DNA of 64,000 bases, taken from Octopus bimaculoides (lineage: Eukaryota). A model generated the notes under the pieces. The model ran no database searches and was not told the DNA's origin. It was given only the letters and a program-made list of their open reading frames with translations. Location: contig NC_068983.1 in NCBI RefSeq assembly GCF_001194135.2, positions 155,205,870 to 155,269,869 on the forward strand. Reading direction: 5' to 3'. Shown here piece by piece: positions 1 to 13,087 of the stretch; the first letter of the stretch is position 1; the number at the start of each line of letters is the position of its first letter. Made by a program: the position numbers and the translations under genes.

Positions 1-53
<53 letters not shown>

Positions 54-1462
54 GGAAAAAAAGTGAAGGTAGAAAATGTTAAAATAATTTTATAAAAAAC
101 ATTTCAGTACCGATTTCGGTCATTGAAACTTTTTCAACTGTAGGTATGGAAAACAATTAAATTTTGGAAAAATTAAATTAAAAGTTTTTAAAAGAATATT
201 TGCATAGTATTCTTATAAATGAAGGAGATACAGAAGTTCAAAATCCTCCTTATTTAAGTGAAAATAGCTATGCCATTCACATAGACAAGAACAGGATGAT
301 GTAGCACCATTGAACACTTGCTCATTAAAATTCTGACTTTGAGTCAGCTACAGATATGCTCAATAGCTTGTTTTATTTGTTTAATTATTTTGTATTAAAT
401 TTGGTGAACTATTGTGCCATTAGCTATAGATATCCAAAGAACCAACATTGGGTTGACTGCATTCCTGATGGCAGGACTTGTTCTTTATGTGATAAACTCA
501 AATCCAGCTGATGTCAACTTTGCCTTTCATCATCTTTATGGGAACAGTGAACGAAAATGCTGGTCAAATATAGGGGTTGATGAGGTAGACTTAGCCCCAC
601 CCCTCAAAGCTGCTGGCCTTGTGCCTGTATCAAGCAATTTCTGATGGTGGGAATGACAAAACATTGTCCTAACATAGTGGCTGAACAAATATTACCCTGG
701 GTATTTTTATATGAAAGGGCTTGTTTTTAATTTTTCTCGATGATGTTGACATCTTTTGTTCACATACATCAGCAAAAGACATTCAACAGTCTTCCGCACA
801 GTTTCCTTCCACCGAATTCCACTCACAAGACATTGGTCAAACACCTGTGGCTTCAGTATAAGACACTTGCCCAAAGTGCTGAGTGATGGAATCGAATCCA
901 GAACCATTTAGCAGCAAACCAAATTTCTTAACCATTTAGCTATTCCTGCAAAAGAAAATTTATATTCTTCTTTGTTTATGCCAGATCAGTGACAGAATAT
1001 TGTCAGAATTTATTACAATTTCATAAGAGGATGTGATGTGTTCCTGTCATACATCCTTAACCAGTTAAATTCTGGTCATGGGAAATAATGCATCAATAAG
1101 GAAGTGAATCATCTTAATGCATTTAAATACCAAAGATCTCCATACGTCTGTGTGTGTGTATGTAAATATGTGTATGCGCATGTCTCTGCGTGTGTATGAA
1201 TGTGTATATATGAGTGTGTGTGTGTGTATATATGTGTGTGTGGTTTCTTTGTGTATGTATAAATCTATCTATTCTTCTGTCTATCTATAAATATATATAT
1301 ACATACATACAATAACTTAAGTGCGTATCTATATGCGTGAATACATATATATCCATCTATGTGCATGCATTCACGCACATGTATATGTATACATAAACAC
1401 ATATTTCTTGAAATTAAATATCTTATTCAGTTTTTTTTTCCTACCCTTCCATTTTCTGACAG

Positions 1463-1550
1463 CATGGCAGTTATGTTACTCGTTACGAATATAATGGAGT
1501 TGGAAAATGTCCATTTGACCCAAAGCATAACAGCACGGCAATACTCGTAG
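1463..1550 (+). CDS. Sema1a: Semaphorin exon A (Sema domain): HGSYVTRYEYNGVGKCPFDPKHNSTAILV
   Basis: Acceptor ttttctgacag, donor G|gtaagt; 88 nt, phase 0 to 1; semaphorin G.G.CPFDP.HNST motif. Confidence 0.95.
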
Positions 1551-2046
1551 GTAAGTGATTAGCAGGCTGCTTTTCCAAGTTTGACATAATCTTAACATCT
1601 CCAGAATTTTGAAATATTTCTCAGATTTCATAAATTGAGGACTATGGTCCTGTCACTCAAATCCTGCTTTCTGCTAAGCCAAAATGGTAAAAGAGTTTTC
1701 ACTTGGTACAGGGTATTTTTGACATTTCCTGTTTTGTGTGGATGCATATGTATGTATATATGTATACACACACACGTGTGTGTGTATTATATACATTTTA
1801 TATATATATATATANNNNNNNNNNNNNNNNNNNNNNNNNNNNNNNNNNNNNNNNNNNNNNNNNNNNNNNNNNNNNNNNNNNNNNNNNNNNNNNNNNNNNN
1901 NNNNNNGTGTGTATATTACTTATGCTCTTATGAATCCTACTCTCATTCGTTATGTTTCCTCTGGGCCATTTACTGGTTCAATGAATATATGCCACATGGT
2001 ATTTTTCTGCTTGATTCACCTATTCATTGAGAATTTTTTCAGCAAG

Positions 2047-2095
<49 letters not shown>

Positions 2096-5020
2096 AATTT
2101 CTGTTCTTCTTATCACCCTTTTACTTTCCTCAGCATCTCATTTTAACCCTTCAGCATTCAGACTACCGTCAAATGTGAAGCTTATTTATTCACATTGGTT
2201 TGAATTTATCCCGCGTTATCTCTTAGCTTTGAGATTTCAATGATATGGTTGTTTATTTTTAGAATGATATTGTAGGGCAGGTATGAGAGGCAGGATCTAG
2301 CCAATTTGAACTGAAATCACGTAGAATATCTTAACTTGATATGACTGGTTTACATGCAAAAGTATCAAGCTCAGTTTCTATCATTACCCTCTCTTCTATT
2401 CTCCCAGTCAAAAGAGTTGAGTCTCCTTAGTCTTGTAAGTTATAAGGTAGCCTCATTATTGCTGGTGACCCGATAAAACATATTCAATACACTGTAAAGT
2501 GATTAGCAAATTGAGCATAGGATCAAGAATACACTTTATTCTTGCCAAGGTCATGTGAGCTTCTCCATTACGGGTGCTTTGATATAATGCACCCAGTACT
2601 CTGTAAATTGGTTGGTATTAAGAAGAGCATCCAGCCATTGTTTGAGATGTCTAAGTGAAATATGGTCCTCTGATTCAGACTGGGATATCCCATCTAAGCT
2701 ATGCCAGCATGAACAACATGTTAAATTAAAAATGATGATGCTGAAGCTGTATTTGACTTGCAAGTGACTTAATCTTAAACTGTGTATTGAAACTAAGGTA
2801 ACTACATCATGAAAGAGCCATTAAACTGCACAGAAGGCTGTTAAATTCTAGGATGTCCTGAAGAATTGCTATTTTGAATAAGGTAGCATAACAGTTAATC
2901 AATCTTTAGAACTTCATGTAAATCGTTGTATATCCAAATTTCAGTTGCATATTAAACCCTATTAGTCCTTCATTTGTTTTTTCTTTCTTTTTTGATATTA
3001 TGTACATTAGAATAATTTAGAATATATCAGAGAGTAGAATAAAACAGAGTTGGTTTATCTTTTTTATTATAGCATCATAGATTATATAGTCTTTACAGAT
3101 GTTTCACTAACAAATATTAGTAATCATTATGTAGATGATTGCCTGATAATATCGAAATGCCAGGTCTTCAGAAGAAAATGATAATTCAATCCACTATTAT
3201 TTACCAGCAGCAGGTAATTAAGTTGTAAGATACAACTGTACAGACTTAAGAGAATAATCTTTTTTATAGCAGTGAAGAAGAAAAAGACTGTTAGTTTAAA
3301 TTTATCAGAAAATAAAGAAAGGAAGGAAGACGTATATGAGGAGGAGCTGTAGTTACTATCTTACTGTTCAGGATTTTGTATATTAGTATTACACCTGTCA
3401 TAGCTATTTGATTCAACATTATCATTAGACTTTTTTTTGTATATATTCTATTTTGTTATGGTTTTTATCTCTTTCTAGTTGCTTATTCACTCTGAAGAGA
3501 TTTAGAATCACTAATTTCATTTGCTAGTTTTATTAAATTTTTCCAACTCTCAGTAAAATTATCTATTTTGTTTATGGTTATATTAGATTTTTATTAACTT
3601 CATTCCTAGATCTACTGCTAGTTATGTTATCATCATGGTTAATTATATTAGGTATGATTATACTAGTATTATCACTTATTCATTTATTTGCAGTATTTTT
3701 ACGTTCGGATGGTTGAGTTAAGAGGTTGTGTGGTGCATTAATGTTTCATATGTTTATGTAGAAATTATGCTAAATTTAGAGTTATTTCTATCAGTGGATG
3801 TAATAATTTGGATTCAATATTGGAAACCGTGAATAAAACATTCACTGGTATTGTGGAACAGCCACCCAACTGAATAGAAATCTACTATGTGCCCACTGTG
3901 TGACACATTGGGTGTCTTCTGCTACAGCCCTGGGCTAAATGAAGCCTTTATGAGGGGATATGGTTTGCAAGACTGAGAGAAGCCTCTTTTATGTGTTTGT
4001 GTGTGTGTGTGTGTAATCATTTAGTATCCTGTTTTTTTTTGGGGGGAGGGGGGTCTATGCTGGCATCAGTTGTATGGTTTGACTAGAACAGATGAGTCAG
4101 AGGGCTCTGCTAGGCTCTAATGCCTGCTTTAGCATGATTTCTACAGCTGGATATCCTTCCTAATGTCAACCACTTAACAGTGTGTGTGTATGTATATATA
4201 TATATATATNNNNNNNNNNNNNNNNNNNNNNNNNNNNNNNNNNNNNNNNNNNNNNNNNNNNNNNNNNNNNNNNNNNNNNNNNNNNNNNNNNNNNNNNNNN
4301 NNNNNNNNNNNNNNNNNNNNNNNNNNNNNNNNNNNNNNNNNNNNNNNNNNNNNNNNNNNNNNNNNNNNNNNNNNNNNNNNNNNNNNNNNNNNNNNNNNNN
4401 NNNNNNNNNNNNNNNNNNNNNNNNNNNNNNNNNNNNNNNNNNNNNNNNNNNNNNNNNNNNNNNNNNNNNNNNNNNNNNNNNNNNNNNNNNNNNNNNNNNN
4501 NNNNNNNNNNNNNNNNNNNNNNNNNNNNNNNNNNNNNNNNNNNNNNNNNNNNNNNNNNNNNNNNNNNNNNNNNNNNNNNNNNNNNNNNNNNNNNNNNNNN
4601 NNNNNNNNNNNNNNNNNNNNNNNNNNNNNNNNNNAAATAGTAATAGTATCGTTTGAATATATAAACAGGTAAAAAAAAAAAAGGTATTCAGTAAACAGAA
4701 TTTATGCTTTTATTTAATATTAAAGCTGCCCTCTCACTCAACTCTCCAAATAATCAATATATTTTCTGTTTTTTTTTTTTGTTTTTTTTTTTTAGGATCA
4801 TATATAGCATGTGAGAAACATGAGTAGTTGTACATTATCATTAACAACATGATCATTGCGTTTTTTTTTTCCATGAACTTCCACTTGCTTCCCCCTCATC
4901 CTCACCATCCTCCTCATTATTATAATTACGATTGATGCACTGGAATTGTGTCAGTGGAATAGATGTACAATGGAAAACCTTTGATATTCCGGAGTATATA
5001 ATACTATCATCACAAAAAAA

Positions 5021-5058
<38 letters not shown>

Positions 5059-5281
5059 AAAAAAACAAAATTGAATGTAGCAGTATATCTGTATTTTAAA
5101 TAGCTATCATGTCTCTTTTCACAATGTATAAACTGTTTTAGTTTCATCTCAGATCAATACCAGATCAATTGACTTGCCAAACAACTACAATTCCAATTAT
5201 CTTTTTTTTTTTTTTTACTTCATGTTCTTTCTTTCTTTTTTTTTCATTTGTTTCTTTCTTCCTCTTTTTTTCTTTTTTCAG

Positions 5282-5386
5282 ACAACCATCTCTTTACTGC
5301 CACGGTTACAGATACATCCGGTCGGGATCCTTTAATATTTAGGGAGATGATCCGTACAGAACAACATGACTCCAGATGGCTAAATG
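5282..5386 (+). CDS. Sema1a: Semaphorin exon B: DNHLFTATVTDTSGRDPLIFREMIRTEQHDSRWLN
   Basis: Long pyrimidine tract plus cag, donor G|gtaaag; 105 nt, phase 1 to 1; matches the D.ELY..TV.DFSG.DP.I.R..TEQ.DS.WLN pattern. Confidence 0.95.
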
Positions 5387-5653
5387 GTAAAGAAGTTTGT
5401 TTCTCTTTTTCATTTTTCAAGATCATCTCTCTCTTTCACACCACCACTTCCCCACCTTTCTCTCTCTCTCTCTCTTTTCTCTCTTCATTGATTTTATTTG
5501 ATATTTTTCTGTAATTTATTTTTTTTACTTTTTGTCTTCATTTCCATCAAATCCTTGTCCATTATTGTATTTCACATTTTTTCATGTTTTGTTTCATTTT
5601 TCGTTCTTTGTTCATCATAACATTTCAGCTGTGCATTCATTATATATGCATAC

Positions 5654-5705
<52 letters not shown>

Positions 5706-6994
5706 CACACACATACATAATTTACATACGGGGTTGTTGAATTTCAACATGTGGGTTTTCCACAGTTGTTGTTCTTATTGTCTTTTCTCCTCTTCCGTCT
5801 TCGTGAAGAAAACTTGTTTCTTTTAGTTAAAACCCAATTTCTTTATCAGAAGAATTCAAAAGACATATCAAAAAGGAGACATACATGCATTTACACACAA
5901 AAACAAATTAAATGTTTTGTATATGTGTATGAGTTTAGATAGATCGATAGATAGATAGATATATAAATCCAACGTAGGCTCGGGCATAGCTATGTGGTGA
6001 AGAAGTTTTCTTTGTAATCATATAGTTTGAGTTCAGTCCCACTTTGTGGCATCTTGGCTAAGTGTCTTCTACTATGTAGCTGCAAGCTGACAAAAGCCTT
6101 GTGAATGAATTGGTAACAGAAACTATAGGAAGCCTATTATATATGTGTGTGCATGTACATATGAATGTGCATGGATGTTGATAACCTATGATATTGCTTG
6201 AGTAAAATGATGATGCATTTAAATTCTTTAACATCATACCCAATCACTTTGCACTTTTGAAGACCTGTGGAAAAAGAAATCTATTTGAAAAACGTTTAAG
6301 TGTTGGCAACAGGCGGAACATCCAGCCATAAAATCCTGCTTCAAATATGTCCCCATCTAACACATTTTAGCATAGAAAAGTAGATGTTAAACAAATGATG
6401 TAGATATATATACATAAACATACATACACATTTAACCCATAATTGTTAGTCTGAGTCGGATAATCTATACTTTGTTTCACCTTTGGCTTTTAAGGAATTC
6501 CTGAAGAGCTATAGGTGAAACAAAATATATTTTGTCAGACTAATGATTTTAACTTAAATACTTATCTATTCTCAGACTTAGGGTTCTTTATCCTAAGTGG
6601 CTGAATTTATCTATCTGATTGGACAATTTACCTGAATCAATACAACTATTCCATACTAGATGTCGTGGTTTTCCGTAGCAGTTTTCACTTCCTGAACCTG
6701 ATATCCAGTATGTTCCACAAGCTGATTGATATATGGAACTCTCAGTCTGCTGATTCCTGTATGTCCATGCAGGGGTGGAGTGGAGTTGGTAGGGGAGGGG
6801 GTATTCCTAGCATAATATGTTTCTTCATTCTTTGGTTATCAAAGTGATGGTAGGAAGACTGCCACACAGTCGCTGTAATACCGACTTATTACACCTTGCT
6901 GAAACAAATGAGGACAATAAAGAAAAAAAACCCACTATCACCTACAATAATAATGTTGACTAATGTTTTTTTTCTTTTATCCTTTCTTTTCCAG

Positions 6995-7083
6995 AACCTG
7001 ACTTTGTCAGCACTTTTGCATATGGCGATAAAGTTTATTTCATTTATAGAGAAGCAGCTGTTGAAAACATAAACTGTGGGAAG
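6995..7083 (+). CDS. Sema1a: Semaphorin exon C: EPDFVSTFAYGDKVYFIYREAAVENINCGK
   Basis: Acceptor cttttccag, donor AAG|gtatat; 89 nt, phase 1 to 0. Confidence 0.95.
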
Positions 7084-8042
7084 GTATATTATTTTATCAT
7101 ACTTTTTTTTACTTCTTATTTTATTTTATTTTCTAACTGCTTTGGTGATGCTGTAACCCCTTAGCATTTAGCTTACTTTATGAAATGTAATACTTAGTTA
7201 GTCATATTGTATCAGTGCTGGTGCCACATAAAAAAAAATCAAGTCCACATAGTAAAGTGGGTGGCATTTGGAAGAGCATCCAGCTGTAAAAAAAAAAAAA
7301 AAACCATGCCAATACTGACCTTGCCTGTATTGGTGCCGCATAAAAAGCACTCAGTCCCTCTGCCGAGTGGTTGGTGTTATGAAGGGCATCCAGCTGTGAA
7401 GACCATGCCAAAACAGTGAAGCATGGTGCAGTCTTTCTGCCTAGCCAGCTCCTGTCAAACTGTCCATCTCATGCTAGCATGGAAAGTGGACACTAAATGA
7501 TAATGATGATGTTAATGGTAATTGTCTTCAATGAACCATGTGTTATCTTGGAGCTTTCAGATTTCGATGATGTAATCATTTAGTTTTAGAATGACATTGC
7601 AAGGTAGGTGTGAGAGACCAAATCTGCCCTGTTTGAACATAAAGCATTTAATTATTAGTTCAAATCCTGGTGAAGCTGACTCTGCCTTTCAGTTTCCCCG
7701 GGTTAGAAATCATTAAAGTGTTTTCAAAATCTTGATATATGTGTGTGTGAGAGAGAGAGAGAGAAAGAGAGAGTGTGTGTGTGATATACAGTACATAAAT
7801 AAATAATTAATGTAAAAATAGTGGTAACAAAGCCCATTGCAAAATACTACAATTTTTGTAAAATAAATTTCATCAACAAAATATTGAAGAATTTTTCTTT
7901 AAGCTACTTATTTTGTATTTCATCAAATTCCATCAAGAGGCAAAATAGATAAATATGAAAAATTCCTTTTTTGTTTTCCTTTTTACTTGAAAATTTACAA
8001 ACGCATACTCTCATACACACACACACACACACACACACATGA

Positions 8043-8073
<31 letters not shown>

Positions 8074-8636
8074 CTCAGTCACCCTCACACACACACATAT
8101 ATATATATATACATTTCTATGTACTTTCAATATATTTTCCCTCTCCTTTCTCTCTTCCCTTCTTTTCATCTTCTTTCCTCAATATTGAAATGACATTTGC
8201 AGTTGTTTAATGAAACTAGGTTTTAGTGTAAGAAGATCTATTTTAGACATGTGTAGCCGCAGCTGGTCGGTAGTGCAAGGATAGATAGTGCATTTGCATA
8301 GTTTCTGACATATGCCTCCAAAACCATGTATTGTGAACAGAGAGAGAAAGAAAGAAAGATATCCTTCAAAAACATATTTGCACAAATGAATTTCAAAGAA
8401 TTTCTGAATGAATGAACAAATACTTAATAGAATGTACTGAAATTTGTTTTGTATTGTCTTGATTTCTTTAGCCAGAAGGTGAAGGGGAGTACACTGCAGA
8501 AACGCTGTGGGTGTTTTATTTTGACAAAAGGAGTAGAATTGGATTTTATGTTTCAAAATTTCCAAAATATAGATTCACTTGAAAAGCAAGGTCACTTTAT
8601 GATGCAGTTAAGATTTGAAGATATTTGATTGGTGCT

Positions 8637-8836
8637 TTAACCCTTTCAGTATCAACCTGGCTGAAACTGGTTCTGGCTCTGTAGTACAAATGTCTTGTTT
8701 TCATAAGTTTTGAATTAAAATCTTCCACCACACCTTAGTCACAATTTATGTTCCTAATTGATAACTAAGTTATTTTACTAAATTCTTTGTTATATTTACA
8801 GAGATCTCAAAATAAACACAGTAATAAATGGGTTAA
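8637..8836. mobile_element. Second TTAA-flanked MITE family; related copies about 40985-41165 (-) and 57715-57880
   Basis: ttaa-ccctttc ... atggg-ttaa; internal aattaaaa.cttcca.ca...aagttattttac.aaattctt shared with the 57.7-kb copy. Confidence 0.55.
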
Positions 8837-8953
8837 AATACTGAAGATATTTGCTCATTATTGTTGTTGAATACGTCCTTACAGCTATATATGTATAGAT
8901 TTGAATATTTCAAGACTTCATTGTTATGTAACCTTTGTTTTGTTCTATACTAG

Positions 8954-9095
8954 GTGGTTTTTTCTCGTATCGCTCGAGTTTGTAAAGCAGATCAAGGAGG
9001 TCTGAGGTCACTAGGTGGAATCTGGACAACTTTCTACAAAGCACGGTTAAATTGCTCAATTCCAGGAGAATTCCCATTTTACTTCAATGAAGTTG
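8954..9095 (+). CDS. Sema1a: Semaphorin exon D: [47 protein letters not shown]
   Basis: Acceptor ctatactag, donor G|gtgagt; 142 nt, phase 0 to 1; hallmark SR.ARVCK.D.GG...WT.F.KARLNCS.PG..PFYFNE. Confidence 0.97.
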
Positions 9096-9779
9096 GTGAG
9101 TTACTACTGCTTTCTCTTCTTAAAAATATGTTGATATATCCTTTCAGAATGTTTTAAGTGGTCTTTTACTTTTAATCCGCCTATAGAAAACATCATACTA
9201 AGAAGGTATTTTGCCCTAAGTGTATCCCTAATCAAGCAAGCCTATAATTAAGGGCATTCATCTCATAGCTATCACATTTGTTTGTATTCCTCAAACTACA
9301 GTATCTAATATGTTCTTTACAAACTGGTAGATTGTAGTCTGAAAGTAATTTGCTTATTGTTTCTAGAAGTTCAAATGATCACATTGAGGCTTACTCATTG
9401 TCTATTTGAGTCATCTGCCGACCAGCAGCATAGTCTGCATGTCTGTAAAAGAGTTTGAACTGGCTTCTTGTTGAGTATCTGTTTAGTAAAAAGAAGGGTA
9501 AAGATCCCCTTCAGTCATGACTGACCATGGGGTTTCACCTAGAAAGTTACTCTCTGAGGCACAAGGTTGGGAAAGGCAAAGCTGAAACAGTTTGGCCCCA
9601 GTGACATTGCAACTCATTTCTACAAAAGAGTGAACTGGAGTAACATGAAATAAAGTGTCTTGCTCAAGAACACAACATAAAGCTAGTCAGGGAATCGAAT
9701 TCACTACCTTACAATTGTGAGCCTGATGCTCTAACCACTGAGCTATGCACCCTCACTTAAACATACCCTGTCTATTTAG

Positions 9780-12000
9780 TACTAGGATATCAAAATGGTT
9801 GAGTGTGTGTTGTGACATCATTATGATCAAAGTTGATGTTGTGATATCACAGTATTAGCACAGCATGGAGATAGTGTTAGAATGTGTTACTCAGTATAAA
9901 GTAAAAGAATATCAAAATATTTAGATAGTTATGATGTTAAAATACATCAATGTGATAAAACAATATGACAGTAAAACGTTAAAGATATCACAGTTTAGGG
10001 ACAAGTGTTATGGTATAATGTATTGTAGTATCATGTGTAAGGATTACAGCAATATTAAAGCCAGGGCTATAATGCCATAAAGTTTTATGAGAACTGGTGG
10101 AAGCATATCATCTGCTTCTCTCATTAAATACTTGAACTAGTGTTGTGCTATCATAAAATGTTAATATCACTTGCCTCATAACATAGCTAGTAAGTGTTAT
10201 AACATGATATCATACGGTAATTTTATGCCAAGTGTGAGGATTATCAGGTTTTAAGTAAATGATATATACTCTAACCTGTTATAACATCAAATCTTTAGAT
10301 ATTCTATTGTAATATCAAAATGAGTGTTATGATATCATAAATGTATTTAATATAATTAACCTTAAGAGTTTGGTGTTGAAACAAATGTGATGGTATGATG
10401 AAGGTATGAAAAATTGATATAAAATTTATGAAACTATTGTAATTTTTTATTTTGCTATTAAAAAGCTGAACAAGTGTAGTTATACCACAAAATGTTATAA
10501 ATATCAAGTATTAGGATATTATAAAGTTGAAACATATTTTGATTATTAATATGTATTATGCTATTGATTGTTAGAATATCACTATATTGTAGCAAGTGTT
10601 GCAACATCATTATTACATATAGTTATAAAAAAGTCATATTTTTATTAGATTTATGGGGTCAAATTTTACATAGATACTACTTTTTAAGGGCTGAGATTCA
10701 TACTAGAATACAAAATACCATATCAGTAGCAAAAACCTAAATGAGCTCTTAAATAAGAAAAAAAATGCACAATGAAGTACAATAAAAAAGCTGATTTTGT
10801 GCATTAAAACACACATACTACTAAATAGTAACAAATATAAGGCAACATATCTTGGCTTAGTGGTTAGAGTGACGGGCTCACAATCATGAGGTTGTGTGTT
10901 CGATTCCTGGATCAGGCTGAGTGTTGTGTTCTTGAGCAAGACGCTTTATTTCATGTTGCTCTAGTCCACTCATCTGTAGAAATGAGTTGCAACATCACTG
11001 ATGCCAAGCTGTATTGACCTTTGCTTTTCCCTTGGATGACATTAGTGGCGTGGAGTGGGAAGGCTGGTATGCGTGGTCTTCCATAAACAGCCTTGCCCAG
11101 ACTTGCTCCTCGGAGGGGAACTTTCTAAGTGCAATCCCAATGGTCATCGATGACCAAAATGGATCTTTTGTTTGTTTTTTTAGAAGCTTCTTTACACTTA
11201 TAATCACCACACTCTGCTGGTCTATTATCTGTGAAGAACTTGGAATGACTTCTACTTGTACCTGAACTTCCACCAGGGACACTTCGTCACCACTTCATAT
11301 CTCTTTGGAGATACTCCTGATTCATTCTTACTCTCTCTCCTAAATTTTAGTAGCCATGTAGCTCTCCAACAACAAGAACCTGCTCTACCTCACTCCTGCT
11401 CTACCTCACTCCAGCTCTCATACCTTAACCTCCACTCCCATCTGCAATCATCTAGCATAAAGAAGCCCCCTGCTCTTCCTCAATAGTGCTAGTGGCACGG
11501 AAAAAGCACATTGTACATGTTGTAAGGTGGTTGGCGTGAGGGATGGCATCCAGCCATATAAACAATGCAGGACAGGCAATGGAACCTGATGCAGCCCCTT
11601 GCCTTACCAGTTCTGGTGAAACCATCCAATTCATGCCAGCATGGAAAACATGTTAAATGATGATGGTGATGATACTCAGTGATATGGTTACAAAAACAGA
11701 ATTTATGCTACAATGAAATGTGTTATCATATAATGAAGTTAATTAACGAATTTATTATTTTGCATGTTTATAATAAAGAGGCTGTTAATGTTATGAAGTG
11801 CTAAAATATGAGAGTGTTACTATATAAAAATTTAGAATCTTGTAATATTTATAAGATGTGATAATATGTCACTATATAACAGTATTACTATATCATTATG
11901 ACATAAACATAAGGTCATATTGTTTGAATGTTGCAGAACGAGATTAGGGATTCTTTTATGATATTGCTGTGATATGATGTATTTTTGAAGCATACAAATA
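9780..12000. repeat. Degenerate low-complexity satellite-like tract (gatatca / tgttata motifs) interrupted by SINEs at ~10850-11670
   Basis: Dense recurrence of atatca, tgttat and tatcat at 9780-10740 and again at 11670-12000. Confidence 0.5.
10850..11170 (+). mobile_element. tRNA-derived SINE, head B plus body Y (related copies 9490-9755 minus, 62105-62430 plus; head B with another body at 26755-26970)
   Basis: Shared tggcttagtggtt...gttcgattcc...cttgagcaagac.ctttatttcatgttgctc.agt.cact and gaactttctag.tg..atccc.tggtcat..atgacc across copies. Confidence 0.7.
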
Positions 12001-12044
12001 ACATGCAATGTATTTTTTTATTTCGTATTTTAATATCATTTCAG

Positions 12045-12138
12045 AACATGCAACTAATGTCTTAAGCGGGAACCATATCTCCTCTAGGAAATTTGATAAA
12101 AGTCATGATATCTTTTACGCAATATTCAATACACCCGA
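12045..12138 (+). CDS. Sema1a: Semaphorin exon E: EHATNVLSGNHISSRKFDKSHDIFYAIFNTP
   Basis: Acceptor catttcag, donor GA|gtgagt; 94 nt, phase 1 to 2; Y..FNTP motif. Confidence 0.92.
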
Positions 12139-12939
12139 GTGAGTGTTGTATATTATTTTCATTTGTTTATTTTGTTTATTTCATTTTTATTTGAAAAGAG
12201 ATGTCACAATATATTAACATGGACATAAGGTGCTAATGACAAGTTTATAATGAACTGAGACTCACAAGGAGATATTGTGACTACAGCCCTCTGTAAGCAG
12301 CCCCATGTCAGGGTGTTGTTGATGGAGAGGCATGAGTGAACATTATAAATCAACGACTAGGAGGAGTAAGGCGAGGAGAAGTTGCATGTCTTCATATTAG
12401 AAACATCAGCTCCATCTCCACTACTACATTCCTGCTGCTTTGTGCTGTGGTGTTGACAGGAATGTTGCATCATCTAACATTGATTTTCTGAAGATTCACA
12501 TAGAACTAATTTCTAAAGAGATAAAAGTGATTTAAGCTGTTCTGATAAAAGACCACATTTAATCACATTTGGCAGGGGAAAAATATTCTATGGTATATAC
12601 ACAGCTTTTTATAAATGCTGTTATAATGGACATCACATTCAGTAAATACCCCAGCACCAGCTTGAAAGATAGAGTTAACTTTATTTTGTATCAAATAGGT
12701 ATAACTTCAACCAGGCATCAAAGCCAAGTTGCTAACTGACCTCACTAGAAACATTTCTCCCACACTACGTCTGTCATGGTACAACTATACCATATATATT
12801 GATTTCTGTTACCATATTCTTTGTTCATCATTCTAACAGTTCATCTCTTTTAATATTTTCATCTTCCTCTCCCACCTTCATACACCTTTGATTTTTTTTG
12901 TTTTTTTTTTTATTTCTGTCTTTGCTCCTTCTCTCACAG

Positions 12940-13087
12940 GAATAGTGCCCCTGCTTCGGCTGTCTGTGCATTTTCCATGAAGCAAGTCATCAAGACATTT
13001 AAGGGTCGTTTCAAGGGTCAGAAATCAGCAGGCCACAACTGGTTGCCAGTCAGCAAAGATGAGACTCCAAATCCTCACCCGGAAGCG
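12940..13087 (+). CDS. Sema1a: Semaphorin exon F: ENSAPASAVCAFSMKQVIKTFKGRFKGQKSAGHNWLPVSKDETPNPHPEA
   Basis: Acceptor ctctcacag, donor GCG|gtaaga; 148 nt, phase 2 to 0; SAVCAF...F.G.FK.Q....NWLPV motif. Confidence 0.95.

Noticed and set aside
4853-5068. Minus-strand ORF ending ...NNEEDGEDEGEASGSSWKKK
   Set aside because: No recognisable domain, no convincing splice partners; derived from a simple cct/cat-rich tract.
6829-6840. tctttggttatc, matching the 5' end of miR-9
   Set aside because: Only 12 nt match, the rest diverges, and I see no complementary hairpin arm.
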